Numbered from the stretch's first letter, positions 47,755 through 57,887 are shown. The stretch is 64,000 bases of DNA from Syntrophales bacterium (GCA_963668175.1 OY764159.1:384001-448000); one strand, 5' to 3'. Numbers and translations: made by a program. The notes: generated by a model from the sequence alone, not told the origin.

Positions 47755-48525
47755 TTATCCAAATCGCCCCGTGATATAATCTTCCGTCTGTTTGATCTTC
47801 GGATTGGTGAATATGATCTCCGTCAGATCGTACTCTATGAGACGACCCATGTAAAAAAATCCGGTCTGCTCCGAAACGCGGGCTGCCTGCTGCATATTGT
47901 GGGTGACAATAATGATCGTATAGTGCCTTTTCAGTTCGTCGATCAGTTCTTCTATTTTCGCCGTTGAAATCGGATCCAGGGCCGACGTGGGTTCGTCCAT
48001 CAAGAGGACATCGGGCTTCATGGCCAGGGCCCTGGCGATGCAAAGACGCTGCTGCTGCCCGCCGGACAGCGCCATGGCGGATTTATCGAGGATGTCCTTG
48101 ACTTCCTCCCACAAAACGGCCTGTTTCAGGCTCTGCTCGACGAGCGCGTCCAGATCGCTCTTCTTGCTGACTCCCGATAAGCGGGGCCCGAAGGTGATGT
48201 TGTTCCATATCGTTTTCGGGAAAGGGTTCGGCTTTTGAAACACCATGCCGATACGCCTCCTGACTTCGACCGGATCCACATGGGGGGCATATATGTCCTC
48301 GTTTTCAAAAAGCACTTTGCCCGTCACCCTCGTATCGACGATCAGGTCGTTCATCCGGTTGAGAAGACGGAGCAGCGTCGATTTCCCGCAACCAGAGGGC
48401 CCGATCAGGGCGGTAACGCGGTTTTTCTGAAAAGACATGTTGATATCCATCAGGGCCTGAAAATTACCGTAATAGAAGTTAACATTTTCAACGTCGATAA
48501 TATGGTCTGTTTCCACGATTACCAC
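47755..48525 (-). CDS. pstB: Phosphate ABC transporter ATPase
   Basis: [38 protein letters not shown]. Confidence 0.97.
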   Translation of the reverse strand: MVIVETDHIIDVENVNFYYGNFQALMDINMSFQKNRVTALIGPSGCGKSTLLRLLNRMNDLIVDTRVTGKVLFENEDIYAPHVDPVEVRRRIGMVFQKPNPFPKTIWNNITFGPRLSGVSKKSDLDALVEQSLKQAVLWEEVKDILDKSAMALSGGQQQRLCIARALAMKPDVLLMDEPTSALDPISTAKIEELIDELKRHYTIIIVTHNMQQAARVSEQTGFFYMGRLIEYDLTEIIFTNPKIKQTEDYITGRFG

Positions 48526-49403
48526 CTTTTATTTCGTCTCACGTATCCCCGGATGATGATGGCAATCAGATCGATGCCCAACACGATGGCCACCAGCACG
48601 AGAACCGTTCCGTATTGGATGGGGCGAGTCTCTTCGATATGGGTCCCGGCCGTCGCCAGAACATAAATATGATAAGGAAGCGCCATGACTTCGTCAAATA
48701 TGGAATGGGGGAGCTTGGCGGTGAAAAAAGCTGCGGCCGTAAACATGATGGGGGCCGTTTCTCCTGCCGCCCGGCCGATACCCAGGATGCAGCCCGTCAG
48801 AATTCCCGGCAGGGCCGTCGGCAAAACGATCTTCTGAATGGTCTGCCATTTCGAAACCCCCAGAGCGAGTGAAGCTTCCCTGAACGTCTGCGGCACGGAT
48901 TTCAATGCCTCTTCGGAGGCCCCAATGATGGTTGGCAGAATCAGAATGCCGAGCGTCAGGGCACCGGACAGGATGCTGGAACCGAAGTGAAAAAAAACGA
49001 CGAAGAGGCCCAGGCCGAAAAGGCCGAAAACGACCGAGGGAACGCCGGCAAGGCAATTGACGCCGATACGGATGACCCGTACCGTTCGTCCTTGCCTGGC
49101 ATATTCCGTCAGATAAATGGCGGAAACGACGCCGACAGGAAGAGAGACAATAACGGCCCCCAAAGTGAGGTAGAGGGTACCCACAATGGCGGGCATGACG
49201 CCTCCCTTGGTCATGGAGTCCATCGGCGGGAGGGTCAGGAAATCCCAGTTGATCGCCCCGATACCGTTGATAAAGATAAAGAACATGATGCCGCCAAGTG
49301 ACAGGAGGATAGTGAATACCGACAGGCGGACGATGAGGAAGAAGAGTTTTTGTTTTAAATGACGCCAGGCCATGGATTTAGTTCCCGTCACCGGCATGGG
49401 CAT
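48519..49403 (-). CDS. pstA: Phosphate ABC transporter permease PstA
   Basis: [37 protein letters not shown]. Confidence 0.95.
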   Translation of the reverse strand: MPMPVTGTKSMAWRHLKQKLFFLIVRLSVFTILLSLGGIMFFIFINGIGAINWDFLTLPPMDSMTKGGVMPAIVGTLYLTLGAVIVSLPVGVVSAIYLTEYARQGRTVRVIRIGVNCLAGVPSVVFGLFGLGLFVVFFHFGSSILSGALTLGILILPTIIGASEEALKSVPQTFREASLALGVSKWQTIQKIVLPTALPGILTGCILGIGRAAGETAPIMFTAAAFFTAKLPHSIFDEVMALPYHIYVLATAGTHIEETRPIQYGTVLVLVAIVLGIDLIAIIIRGYVRRNKRW

Positions 49404-49419
49404 ATCCTCTGTATGATAT

Positions 49420-50307
49420 TCATAATGTTGCCGAACCGACTTCCTTGAATTTTTCGGAGACGTAATCGGCGATCAGGTTGAATAGAAGCGTCATCATGAA
49501 AAGGACGATACCGGTCGCGAAGAGGGCATGATAATGGCCGCTGCGGAAAGGCGCTTCGCCCATTTCCGCGGCAATGGAGGCCGGCATGGGACGGACGGAA
49601 TCGAAAATACTTTCCGGGATAGCCGCCGCACCTCCTGCAACCATCAGGACCACCATGGTTTCGCCGACAGCCCTTGCCATGCCCAGAATCACTGCGGCGC
49701 ATATGCCTGAAAGCGCCGCAGGCATGACCACCTTGGTGATCGTTTCATGCTTCGTCGCACCAAGGGCGTAGGACGCCTCCTTGAATTCCTGCGACACGGC
49801 ATAGAGGGCGTCCTCCGAAATGCTGGAAATCGTGGGAATCGCCATAAGGGCCAGCACAAGAGAGGCACTGACAATATTCAACCCCGTCGGAAGGTTGAAG
49901 GTATCCTGCAGCCAGGGTGCCAGAACGACCATACCGAAGAATCCCAGCACGACGGACGGCAAACCGGCCAGCAGTTCGATGACGGACTTGAGAATCTCTT
50001 TGAGAAAAGGCGGTGCCAATTCGGATATATAGACCGCCGAAAGGATGCCCAGGGGGATGGCTATAAGAGACGAACAAAATGTCACGGCAAGCGTTCCGAC
50101 GATGAGCGGCCAGATACCGTACGAAGGAGGGTCATAGGTCGGATACCACTCCCGTCCGAAGAGAAAATTGCTGACGGACACTTTCTGGAATATGGGCAAC
50201 CCTTCCTTAAAGAGGAAGATCACGATAAGCCCGAGCAGTAAAAAGGATATCAGCGAGAAGAAAAAGAACAGCTGTTTGATGATGATTTCTTTTTGATGCC
50301 TGGTCAC
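49420..50307 (-). CDS. pstC: Phosphate ABC transporter permease PstC
   Basis: ELLAGLPSVV, KEASYALGATK, RAVGETMVVLM; GTG start. Confidence 0.95.
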   Translation of the reverse strand: MTRHQKEIIIKQLFFFFSLISFLLLGLIVIFLFKEGLPIFQKVSVSNFLFGREWYPTYDPPSYGIWPLIVGTLAVTFCSSLIAIPLGILSAVYISELAPPFLKEILKSVIELLAGLPSVVLGFFGMVVLAPWLQDTFNLPTGLNIVSASLVLALMAIPTISSISEDALYAVSQEFKEASYALGATKHETITKVVMPAALSGICAAVILGMARAVGETMVVLMVAGGAAAIPESIFDSVRPMPASIAAEMGEAPFRSGHYHALFATGIVLFMMTLLFNLIADYVSEKFKEVGSATL

Positions 50308-50548
50308 GGAAACAACCTTCCGAGGATTGATTTATTATCTGCTATCGTGCGGATAGATATCCAAACAAAAGCGTCAATATTTTATCTCCATTTCGAGGAG
50401 GACCCGGTCCTACTATATCATACCCGTACTGCGCTGAAGAGCACAAAGCCGAGCGGCTCGCGGAGCAATACGCAGTGAAAAAAAACTGCGATATCTCTTA
50501 TTGCTTCTTCAACTGCCTTCATATTTCGCATTCACGATACAGGGTATT

Positions 50549-50587
50549 TGTTGCAGTTTTATGAAGGAATGATGAAAAGACTGTTAA
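50549..50587 (-). promoter_or_regulatory. Pho-box array upstream of pstC
   Basis: Minus strand TTAACA-gtctt-TTCATC-attcc-TTCATA-aaact-GCAACA: four units at an 11-nt period, followed by a TG-TATCGT -10-like element. Confidence 0.7.
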
Positions 50588-50602
50588 AGGAACGGCCAAA
50601 GT

Positions 50603-51304
50603 TCAAATCCTGTCGGCAAATTTGTACCCAATGCCGCGGATTGTGAAGACATATTGAGGATTTTCCTTGTCCTTCTCGATTATTGAGCGCAAACGGCTGA
50701 TATGGACGTCGACGGTCCGGGGCTCGACGAAGGCCTCGTCCCCCCATATATAATCCAATAACTGATCGCGGCTGTAGACCCTGCCGGGATGCCGGCTCAG
50801 AAAGATGAGGAGCTTGATCTCGGTAGGCCCCAGGTCCACTTTCCGGTCATGAACATAGACCTCATAGGAATGGTAAAGGATGCGGAGTCCCTTGAACTCG
50901 AAAATTTCCTGCGCCTCTTCCGCATGACGGTTGTCCAGGCGCCTCAACACGGCCCGGATGCGGGCAATCAACTCCTTGACGTTGAACGGCTTCGTTACAT
51001 AGTCGTCGGCACCCATTTCGAGTCCCAGGATCTTGTCCAGATCGTCGTTGCGGGCTGTCAGCATAATGATGGGCAGCCGCTCCGTCTTTTTGTCGCGCCG
51101 AATCGCTTTGCAGACATCGAGTCCCCTGACGCCCGGCAGCATCAGATCCAGGATCACCATGTCCGGCGATTCCGTCCGAACGAGATTGAGGGCCTGTCCC
51201 CCATCGTAGGCTTTGACCGTCGTAAATCCTTCTTTCTCCAGATTATACGCAATAAGATCGACAATATCTTTTTCATCGTCGACAACAAGTATTTTTTTTG
51301 TCAT
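50603..51304 (-). CDS. phoB: Phosphate regulon response regulator (OmpR family)
   Basis: REC domain plus winged helix (RTVDVHISRLR, TIRGIGY); pst context. Confidence 0.9.
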   Translation of the reverse strand: MTKKILVVDDEKDIVDLIAYNLEKEGFTTVKAYDGGQALNLVRTESPDMVILDLMLPGVRGLDVCKAIRRDKKTERLPIIMLTARNDDLDKILGLEMGADDYVTKPFNVKELIARIRAVLRRLDNRHAEEAQEIFEFKGLRILYHSYEVYVHDRKVDLGPTEIKLLIFLSRHPGRVYSRDQLLDYIWGDEAFVEPRTVDVHISRLRSIIEKDKENPQYVFTIRGIGYKFADRI

Positions 51305-51385
51305 GATAGATGTTCAACCGGTTGTTTGAGATAAGTACCGTGTAATGCTCGCCATGCATCCACCCACAAAAGACACCCCGCATCT

Positions 51386-52135
51386 TCACGCGGGACGAGA
51401 TGACATCTCACTCACAATGCGGCTGGATGAAGACAGGATGATCCAGGAACGCATCATGTCCAGGGCCTGCTCATGAAGGTCCGGGCGCCAGGAGCCGACG
51501 GCGTCTTCAGGAACGATGACCCGGTATCCTGCATCGGCGGCACCGATACAGGTCGCCATCACGCAATGATTCGTATACATCCCGGCAACGACAAGGGTAT
51601 CGATTCCGTTCTGCCTCAAAATATGGTCAAGAGCCGATGCATGGAACGCCCCTTGAGCCGTTTTATTCACGACGGGTTCATTGGGCTCCGGCGCCAGTTC
51701 CGGCATCACAGCATAACCGGGGTCCCCGACGGGGACAATGGCGGGGATGCCTAATCTTTCGCGGCATTTTCGATTCCACAGCCGGACGTACGGAACAAGA
51801 TCGCGTCCGTCTTCCGCCAGGGAACCGAAGGCCGTAAAGACCACGAGCGCCCCGGCCGATCGGAAGGCTGCCAGCAACCTCCCAATGACCGCCGCCGCCT
51901 CTTTTCCCTTTCGCACGGCTCCCGCTTCAGCCTCCGGACCATGGATCACGCCGAAATAGCGTGGGAGATTGCCGCGTTCCCCCGCCTGATAGATCTGCAT
52001 ATCCACAACCAGCAGGGCTGTGGCTGCCTTGTTTCCGATCAGCGACTTGCGAGGCATCTCTTCCTGAATCGCGGCGCACCTCCTTTCCCGTCGTCTATTG
52101 CCGTTTTGAATATAGATTTTTTTTTCACAATGCAC
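51386..52135 (-). CDS. Isochorismatase-family cysteine hydrolase; start may be about 25 codons later
   Basis: LLVVDMQ, NKTAQGAF, GMYTNHCV (Asp-Lys-Cys triad). Confidence 0.85.
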   Translation of the reverse strand: MHCEKKIYIQNGNRRRERRCAAIQEEMPRKSLIGNKAATALLVVDMQIYQAGERGNLPRYFGVIHGPEAEAGAVRKGKEAAAVIGRLLAAFRSAGALVVFTAFGSLAEDGRDLVPYVRLWNRKCRERLGIPAIVPVGDPGYAVMPELAPEPNEPVVNKTAQGAFHASALDHILRQNGIDTLVVAGMYTNHCVMATCIGAADAGYRVIVPEDAVGSWRPDLHEQALDMMRSWIILSSSSRIVSEMSSRPA

Positions 52136-52232
52136 AATATCAAATAAGGTGTTGCAGCTCTAGTCCCGCTTGATTATTTCCATGTTTCGTATATATTGAT
52201 TATTATTATCGTTGCAACCCCAGGAAGGCATA

Positions 52233-53393
52233 ATGAACACAGCCGGCCCTAAGAAGGACAAGCCGCTTGACGAATTGGAGGTGCTGATCAGGCGTACTAT
52301 CCACGCCGAAAAGGCAGAGATCGAACGCTTGCGGCTCGAGAATTATCTCAAGGAAAGCGAAGAACGGCTGAGAACCCAATATCGCTTTATTCCCATCCCG
52401 ACGGTGACCTGGCAGAAGAGAAAAGACGATTTTTACCTGGTGGATTACAATATCGCGGAGGAGGAATCGACCGACGGACTGGTTAAAAGCCTGGTCGGAA
52501 AGCCGGCCGCAGAGATTCATCATGATCGGCCCGACATCGTTGCCGATCTGGCCCGTTCTTATCATGAACGTACGGTTGTAAAGCGGGAGAGCCCATATCG
52601 TCTCGTGACGAAAGGATTGGACAAGTTCATTTCCTTCACTTTCGCCTATGCCCCCCCCGATCTCGTCCTCTGCCACATGGAAGACGTCACCCCGCGCAAG
52701 ACGGCCGAAGAAAAATTGCGTAAATCGGAACGGGAACTTAAAGCCCTTTCATCCAAGCTCATGAAGGTGGAAGAAAAAGAGCGGAAGCGGATCGCCAGGG
52801 AGCTCCACGACAGCATCGGACAGTATCTGACGGCCATCAAGTTCAACGCGGAAAATATTCTCACCCGGCTCAAGCTGAAAGACGAAACTACGGCCATCGA
52901 AACACTCACCGCAGGCATTCCGCTCATCCAGCAGACGATCGAAGAGGTCCGGCGGATCATGATGGACCTGCGGCCGACCATCCTGGACGACCTTGGCATC
53001 ATCGCTACGATCTCCTGGTTTTGCAGGGAGTTTCAGGCTGTCTATAATCATGTCCGCCTGGAAAAGCAGATACTGCTCGAAGAGACGCAGGTGCCCGAAC
53101 CGCTTAAAATTATTATATACAGAATCATGCAGGAGGCGATGAACAACGCGGCCAAATACAGCGGGGCCGGCCTGATCAGGATCAGGTTGAAACAGGAAAA
53201 ACTAAGGATAGAATTCGCCATCATGGACAACGGCATCGGCTTCAACGCCGGACGAAGGCATAAGGGGCTGGGCCTTATCAGCATGAGGGAACGCATCGAA
53301 GGATCCGGCGGCAGCATGACGGTTCGGACCAACGCCGGGAAGGGCACTGTCATCCGGGCATCCTGGCCGGCGAACGTCAGGTCCGATTCGTGA
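52233..53393 (+). CDS. Cytoplasmic PAS sensor kinase, HisKA_3 (NarX/UhpB) type
   Basis: ERKRIARELHDSIGQ, QEAMNNAAKY, DNGIGF, GLGLISMRER. Confidence 0.9.
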   Translation: MNTAGPKKDKPLDELEVLIRRTIHAEKAEIERLRLENYLKESEERLRTQYRFIPIPTVTWQKRKDDFYLVDYNIAEEESTDGLVKSLVGKPAAEIHHDRPDIVADLARSYHERTVVKRESPYRLVTKGLDKFISFTFAYAPPDLVLCHMEDVTPRKTAEEKLRKSERELKALSSKLMKVEEKERKRIARELHDSIGQYLTAIKFNAENILTRLKLKDETTAIETLTAGIPLIQQTIEEVRRIMMDLRPTILDDLGIIATISWFCREFQAVYNHVRLEKQILLEETQVPEPLKIIIYRIMQEAMNNAAKYSGAGLIRIRLKQEKLRIEFAIMDNGIGFNAGRRHKGLGLISMRERIEGSGGSMTVRTNAGKGTVIRASWPANVRSDS

Positions 53394-54054
53394 GGAGGCC
53401 CTTCTCCATGGCATAGGCGGTCAGGGCGGAAGCGCTGTGAAGATCCAGCTTCTTCATCAGATGGTCACGATGCTTCTCCACCGTTTTTAAACTGATGCAA
53501 AGATAGTCGGCAATTTCCCGATTTTTGTACCCTTCGGCCACCAATTTGAGAATCTCCCTTTCCCGACTAGTCAAAGAATCCCAGGAAGTTCCGGCCTTCA
53601 CGCCTTTCCTGCCGGCCAGATAACCCTCGATAACCTTTTCGGAAACGGCGGGGCTGAGATAACGTTTGCCAGCAAGGACGTTTTGCACGGCCAGAATGAG
53701 TTCCGCATGGGTGGCGTCCTTCAGGACATAGCCGTCGGCACCGGCTTCGAGGCTTGCGCGGACATATTCCTCCGTTTTGTGGACTGTGAGTACGAGTACT
53801 TTCGTGGCGGGAGACAGCCTCTTGACTTCCCTGATGGCTTCCATCCCGTTCATTCTGGGCATGGAAAGGTCCATCAACATGAGATCGGGGGTTAATTGCC
53901 GGGCATAGCGAATGGCCTCGCGGCCGTCTTCGGCCTCACCGACAACGAGCAGTTCCGGATGGGAAGAGAGCAGCGCCCGCAGGCCCTCCCGAACAATCGT
54001 GTGGTCTTCGACGATGACAATCCTTTTGGATGGATTCGAAGCCTGGTCGTCCAT
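53377..54054 (-). CDS. NarL/LuxR-family response regulator
   Basis: VEDHTIVREG, MDLSMP, LTSREREIL, TVEKHR. Confidence 0.93.
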   Translation of the reverse strand: MDDQASNPSKRIVIVEDHTIVREGLRALLSSHPELLVVGEAEDGREAIRYARQLTPDLMLMDLSMPRMNGMEAIREVKRLSPATKVLVLTVHKTEEYVRASLEAGADGYVLKDATHAELILAVQNVLAGKRYLSPAVSEKVIEGYLAGRKGVKAGTSWDSLTSREREILKLVAEGYKNREIADYLCISLKTVEKHRDHLMKKLDLHSASALTAYAMEKGLLTNRT

Positions 54055-54276
54055 AGTCCCTGCCGACGAATGATCAACCGTATCAAGCCAACCCGGTGAA
54101 CGCCCTATTGTCTATCACGCCTTGGCAGATGAGTAAAGGAAGATCCTCCGGCTGATCTGATCCAAAACTTTTATGACGAACGATCTTTCCGCCTTTTGAT
54201 CGCAGCAAATAAAAAGCTTGCTTTTTTCTTTTCATTCATATAGGCACAAGTTAAAATATAACTAACGGTATTCATC

Positions 54277-54363
54277 ATGTTTTTTAAGAACACGATAAAG
54301 ATGACAAGCTGGTGGTGGCGCAGCGTACATATGGGGAGGTGCGGACTGGACTGCTGCCGTTAA
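54277..54363 (+). CDS. Trp-rich attenuator leader peptide (TrpL-like)
   Basis: MFFKNTIKMTSWWWRSVHMGRCGLDCCR* (or from ATG 54301); three consecutive TGG codons at 54310-54318; stop 23 nt before the terminator. Confidence 0.85.
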   Translation: MFFKNTIKMTSWWWRSVHMGRCGLDCCR

Positions 54364-54386
54364 ATACACGATAAAGAGACGCTTAG

Positions 54387-54423
54387 AAGCCGCGGGCAGT
54401 TAACAGCTCCCGCGGCTTTTTTT
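54387..54423 (+). terminator. Attenuator intrinsic terminator upstream of iorA
   Basis: AAGCCGCGGG-cagttaacagct-CCCGCGGCTT, T-run 54417-54423; 23 nt before the iorA ATG. Confidence 0.9.
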
Positions 54424-54446
54424 ATTCATCCAGGAGAATTGAGGTC

Positions 54447-56282
54447 ATGAACACAGAAGGAGAAAGAATTTTGATGGGCAATGAAGCCATTGGCCGGGGG
54501 CTTCTCGAAAACGGCTGCGGTCTTGTAGCCTCCTATCCGGGTACGCCGGCGTCGGAAATTCTGGCGTCGGCCGTCGACTTTGCCGGGGAGACCAAAACCC
54601 CGATCCATCTCGAATGGTCCGTCAACGAAAAGGTGGCCTTCGAAGTCGCTCTGGCATACAGCTATACGGGGAAACGAGCGGCCGTAGCCATGAAGCAGGT
54701 CGGATTGAATGTGGCATCCGATCCGGTCACGCGTGCCGCCTATCTGGGCACCAAAGGGGGGCTCGTGCTCGTTGTGGCGGACGATCCGGGCCCGCACAGC
54801 TCGCAGACCGAGCAGGACAGCCGCCTGTTTGCCCTTTTCGCGAAAATACCGGTTTTCGATCCCGCCAGTCCGAAAGAGGCAGGCGAGATGGTCAGGGAAG
54901 CCTTCGCCTTATCGGAACGATACGAGATACCCGTCATGCTCCGGCCGACGACACGGGTATGCCACGCCCGTCAAAACGTGCCCTGTACAGCGCCTGAGGC
55001 GTCCAAAAAGAGTGCACGATTCGAGAAAAATGTCAGCCGCTGGGTGGCCACGCCACAATTTCTCCAAACCCTCCATCGCGAACTGAACGAAAAACTCGAT
55101 GCCATCGGAGGCGATACCCTCTTTTATCCGCATCATATCCCGGGGGACGGAACATCGGCCAACGGCTGCATCGTGGCATCGGGCGTTGCCTACGCCCATG
55201 CATTCGATATTATGAATGATATGAGGTTAATCGGCAAGGTCGATCTCTATCAGGTCCGCATGCCCTATCCTCTAAATAAAGCGTTCATTGGCGACGTCCT
55301 GTCACGTTACGAAAAGGTTCTCGTCCTGGAAGAAACCGACGCGGTCATAGAGCTTCAACTGGGCGACCGCAGGATAACGGGCCGGCTATCGGGCCATGTT
55401 CCCCGCCAGGGCGAACTGACGCCGGACGTTGTCGAAGACATCCTGCGCGCTTTTCTTGAGATGCCCGCCGCCGCGGCAGCACCGCAGCCGAAGGCCAAGG
55501 GCAGACGGCCGTCGCTGTGCGCGGGCTGCGGCCATCGGGCGGCTTTCTATGCGATAAAGGAGACATTCCCCGACGGTATCTTCCCCAGCGACATCGGCTG
55601 TTACACCCTGGGCATGAATTTCGGAGCCGTCGATACGTGCCACTGCATGGGGGCCTGCATCAGCCAAGGCGCAGGATTTTATCGCGCTTTTGCACAGGAT
55701 GGCCTCACGATCCCCACGACCGTCGTCACGATCGGCGATTCTACATTCTTCCACGCCGGCATCCCCGGCCTGATCAACGCGGTCATTCAGAGGGCAAGAT
55801 TTATTCTGGTGATCCTCGATAATGGAACGACCGCCATGACGGGTCACCAGCCGACGCCGCAGTCCGGGCGGATGGCCGACGGCCGTCCCGGCAAGCAGGT
55901 CATGATCCCGGAACTGCTCAAGGCCTGCGGTATCGAATTCTTGAAGGAATGTGATGCTTACGATGTCGATCTCCTGAAGGAAAACCTTCGGGACGCCGAC
56001 CGGTTCACTCGCAGCGAGAAGGGCGGTGTCGCCGTCATCATCGCGCGGCATCCCTGTATCGTCGGCAAGGCCGCCAAGAAGGGCCAGCCGGTTTACACGA
56101 TGAGCATCACCGACGACTGTATGGCCTGCAGGGCCTGCATCGATCATTTTGAATGCCCGGCCATCGCCTTCGATGAAGAACAGGAGAAGGCGGTCATCGA
56201 TCAGAATTTCTGTATCGGCTGCGGCGTCTGCCGGCACGTCTGTCCGGTGGAGGCCATTGTGGCGGAAGGAGGAGTCCAGTGA
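54447..56282 (+). CDS. iorA: Indolepyruvate:ferredoxin oxidoreductase alpha subunit
   Basis: YPGTPASEI, WSVNEKVAFE, MKQVGLNVA, SSQTEQDSR, CAGCGHR, DIGCYTLG, GDSTFFHAG..DNGTTAMTG, C-terminal ferredoxin Cys motifs. Confidence 0.95.
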   Translation: MNTEGERILMGNEAIGRGLLENGCGLVASYPGTPASEILASAVDFAGETKTPIHLEWSVNEKVAFEVALAYSYTGKRAAVAMKQVGLNVASDPVTRAAYLGTKGGLVLVVADDPGPHSSQTEQDSRLFALFAKIPVFDPASPKEAGEMVREAFALSERYEIPVMLRPTTRVCHARQNVPCTAPEASKKSARFEKNVSRWVATPQFLQTLHRELNEKLDAIGGDTLFYPHHIPGDGTSANGCIVASGVAYAHAFDIMNDMRLIGKVDLYQVRMPYPLNKAFIGDVLSRYEKVLVLEETDAVIELQLGDRRITGRLSGHVPRQGELTPDVVEDILRAFLEMPAAAAAPQPKAKGRRPSLCAGCGHRAAFYAIKETFPDGIFPSDIGCYTLGMNFGAVDTCHCMGACISQGAGFYRAFAQDGLTIPTTVVTIGDSTFFHAGIPGLINAVIQRARFILVILDNGTTAMTGHQPTPQSGRMADGRPGKQVMIPELLKACGIEFLKECDAYDVDLLKENLRDADRFTRSEKGGVAVIIARHPCIVGKAAKKGQPVYTMSITDDCMACRACIDHFECPAIAFDEEQEKAVIDQNFCIGCGVCRHVCPVEAIVAEGGVQ

Positions 56283-56791
56283 ATCAACAGATCGTTATCA
56301 GCGGTATCGGAGGCCAGGGTGTCCTTTTTCTGACCCGGATTATTGCGGAAGCAGCCATGGAAAAAGGGTTGCCCGTCCTGACGTCGGAAACGCACGGCAT
56401 GGCCATGCGAGGCGGCACGGTCATTTCACATGTAAAGATCGGTCCTTTTCACAGTCCTCTCATTCGCGCCGCCCAGGCTGATATCGGTTTCTTTCTCAAT
56501 GAAGCCAACCTGGACGTTCACCGGGGTTTCCTGAAGCCGGAAGGGCTGCTGTTCATCAATACACCGAAGCCGGGAGACTACCTGCACGTGGACGCCACGC
56601 GGATTGCCAAGGAAAACGGTTTCCTGGTCATCACGAATTTGGTCCTTCTCGGATTCGCCGTAAGCAGGGGCGGCCTCTTCTGCGATGCCGGCCTCGCGGA
56701 GAACGTTATCCGCAAGCTTTCTCCGGACAACCAGGTCGAATCCAACCTGCGGGGTTTTTCCCTGGGGGTTGCCGCAGGAAAAACCAATTAG
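56279..56791 (+). CDS. iorB: Indolepyruvate:ferredoxin oxidoreductase beta subunit
   Basis: GIGGQGV, SETHGMAMRGGTV..HV; GTG start overlaps the iorA stop. Confidence 0.92.
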   Translation: MNQQIVISGIGGQGVLFLTRIIAEAAMEKGLPVLTSETHGMAMRGGTVISHVKIGPFHSPLIRAAQADIGFFLNEANLDVHRGFLKPEGLLFINTPKPGDYLHVDATRIAKENGFLVITNLVLLGFAVSRGGLFCDAGLAENVIRKLSPDNQVESNLRGFSLGVAAGKTN

Positions 56792-56825
56792 AAATGGTCT
56801 ACGAAGAACCGACTGGAGGTCACAT

Positions 56826-57854
56826 ATGAAGGCATTGAGAATCATAAGCGGTATCTTGCTGGCCGTCATCTTTCTGTTTATCGCGGCTCCCTCTCCGTCG
56901 TCAGCCGCGGGCCCCATCAAGCTCACCTATGCAAACTTTCCCCCGGCACCGACGTTTCCCTGCGTCCAGATGGAACGCTGGGCCCGGGAAGCGGAAAAGC
57001 GCACGAACGGCCAGGTCAAGATCCAGACATTTCCGGGCGGGACGCTGCTGCCGGCCAAGAATATTTTTGACGGCGTCATTGCCGGCACCGCCGATATCGG
57101 CAACTTTGCCATGAGCTATCAGCCGGGACGTTTTCCCGTGTCGGAAGCCGTCGATCTGCCGCTCGGATTTGCAAGCGCCCGCGTAGCGAGTCTCGTTCTC
57201 TATGACATAATTGAAAAATACAGACCGAAGGAATTCGAAAAGGTCAAGGTCCTGACCGTCTTCACCTGCCCGCCGGCCGACCTGATGACAAGCAAACCGG
57301 TCAGAACCCTTGCAGATTTAAAGGGCATGGAACTTCGCTCGTCGGGCACCGGCGTCGAGGTGATCAAGGCCTTGGGCGGCATACCCATCGCCATGCCCCA
57401 GTCGGACACGCCTGAGGCGATCCAGAAGGGCATCGTCAAGGGCGTTGTTTCTTCCCTCGAAGTTTTGAAGGACCTGAATTACGCAGCTTACACCCCTTAT
57501 GCGACCGATGCCAACCTCTTCGTCGTCACCTTTGCGGTGGTCATGAACCGGGACAAATGGAATGCGCTGCCCGCCGACGTCAAAAAGACACTGGAGGCCC
57601 TGGGAAGGGAGCAGGCCGAATGGACGGGCAAATATGTCGACGGCCATGTCAAGGAAGCCCTCGCCTGGTCCAAACAGAAATACAACCACCAGCTCCTGCA
57701 GCTTTCAGCGAAAGACAAGGCGGAAATAGCTGCCCGTGTCAAGCCGATGATCGACGGCTACATCAAGAGGGTCAACGGCCAGGGGATACAAGGCGCACAA
57801 ATCATAGCCGATATCCAGTCTCTGAAACGCAAATACGAAAAAACGTCCCGATAG
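56826..57854 (+). CDS. dctP: TRAP transporter substrate-binding protein
   Basis: Signal peptide, TNGQVKIQTFPGGTL, ADLKGMELR (carboxylate-binding Arg), MNRDKWNALP; GGAGG SD. Confidence 0.92.
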   Translation: MKALRIISGILLAVIFLFIAAPSPSSAAGPIKLTYANFPPAPTFPCVQMERWAREAEKRTNGQVKIQTFPGGTLLPAKNIFDGVIAGTADIGNFAMSYQPGRFPVSEAVDLPLGFASARVASLVLYDIIEKYRPKEFEKVKVLTVFTCPPADLMTSKPVRTLADLKGMELRSSGTGVEVIKALGGIPIAMPQSDTPEAIQKGIVKGVVSSLEVLKDLNYAAYTPYATDANLFVVTFAVVMNRDKWNALPADVKKTLEALGREQAEWTGKYVDGHVKEALAWSKQKYNHQLLQLSAKDKAEIAARVKPMIDGYIKRVNGQGIQGAQIIADIQSLKRKYEKTSR

Positions 57855-57887
57855 CCAGCAAACGGAATCACCGGCAAGGAAAACATT

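Noticed and set aside
47741..48043. 100-aa N-terminal extension of PhoU in the track
   Set aside because: It overlaps pstB in another frame; PhoU similarity and an SD begin at 47740.
54200..54446. T-box riboswitch as an explanation of the iorA leader
   Set aside because: No T-box consensus (AANNAGGGTGGTACCGCG-like) precedes the terminator; the TGGTGG is part of in-frame Trp codons and the leader-peptide model fits the pairing.
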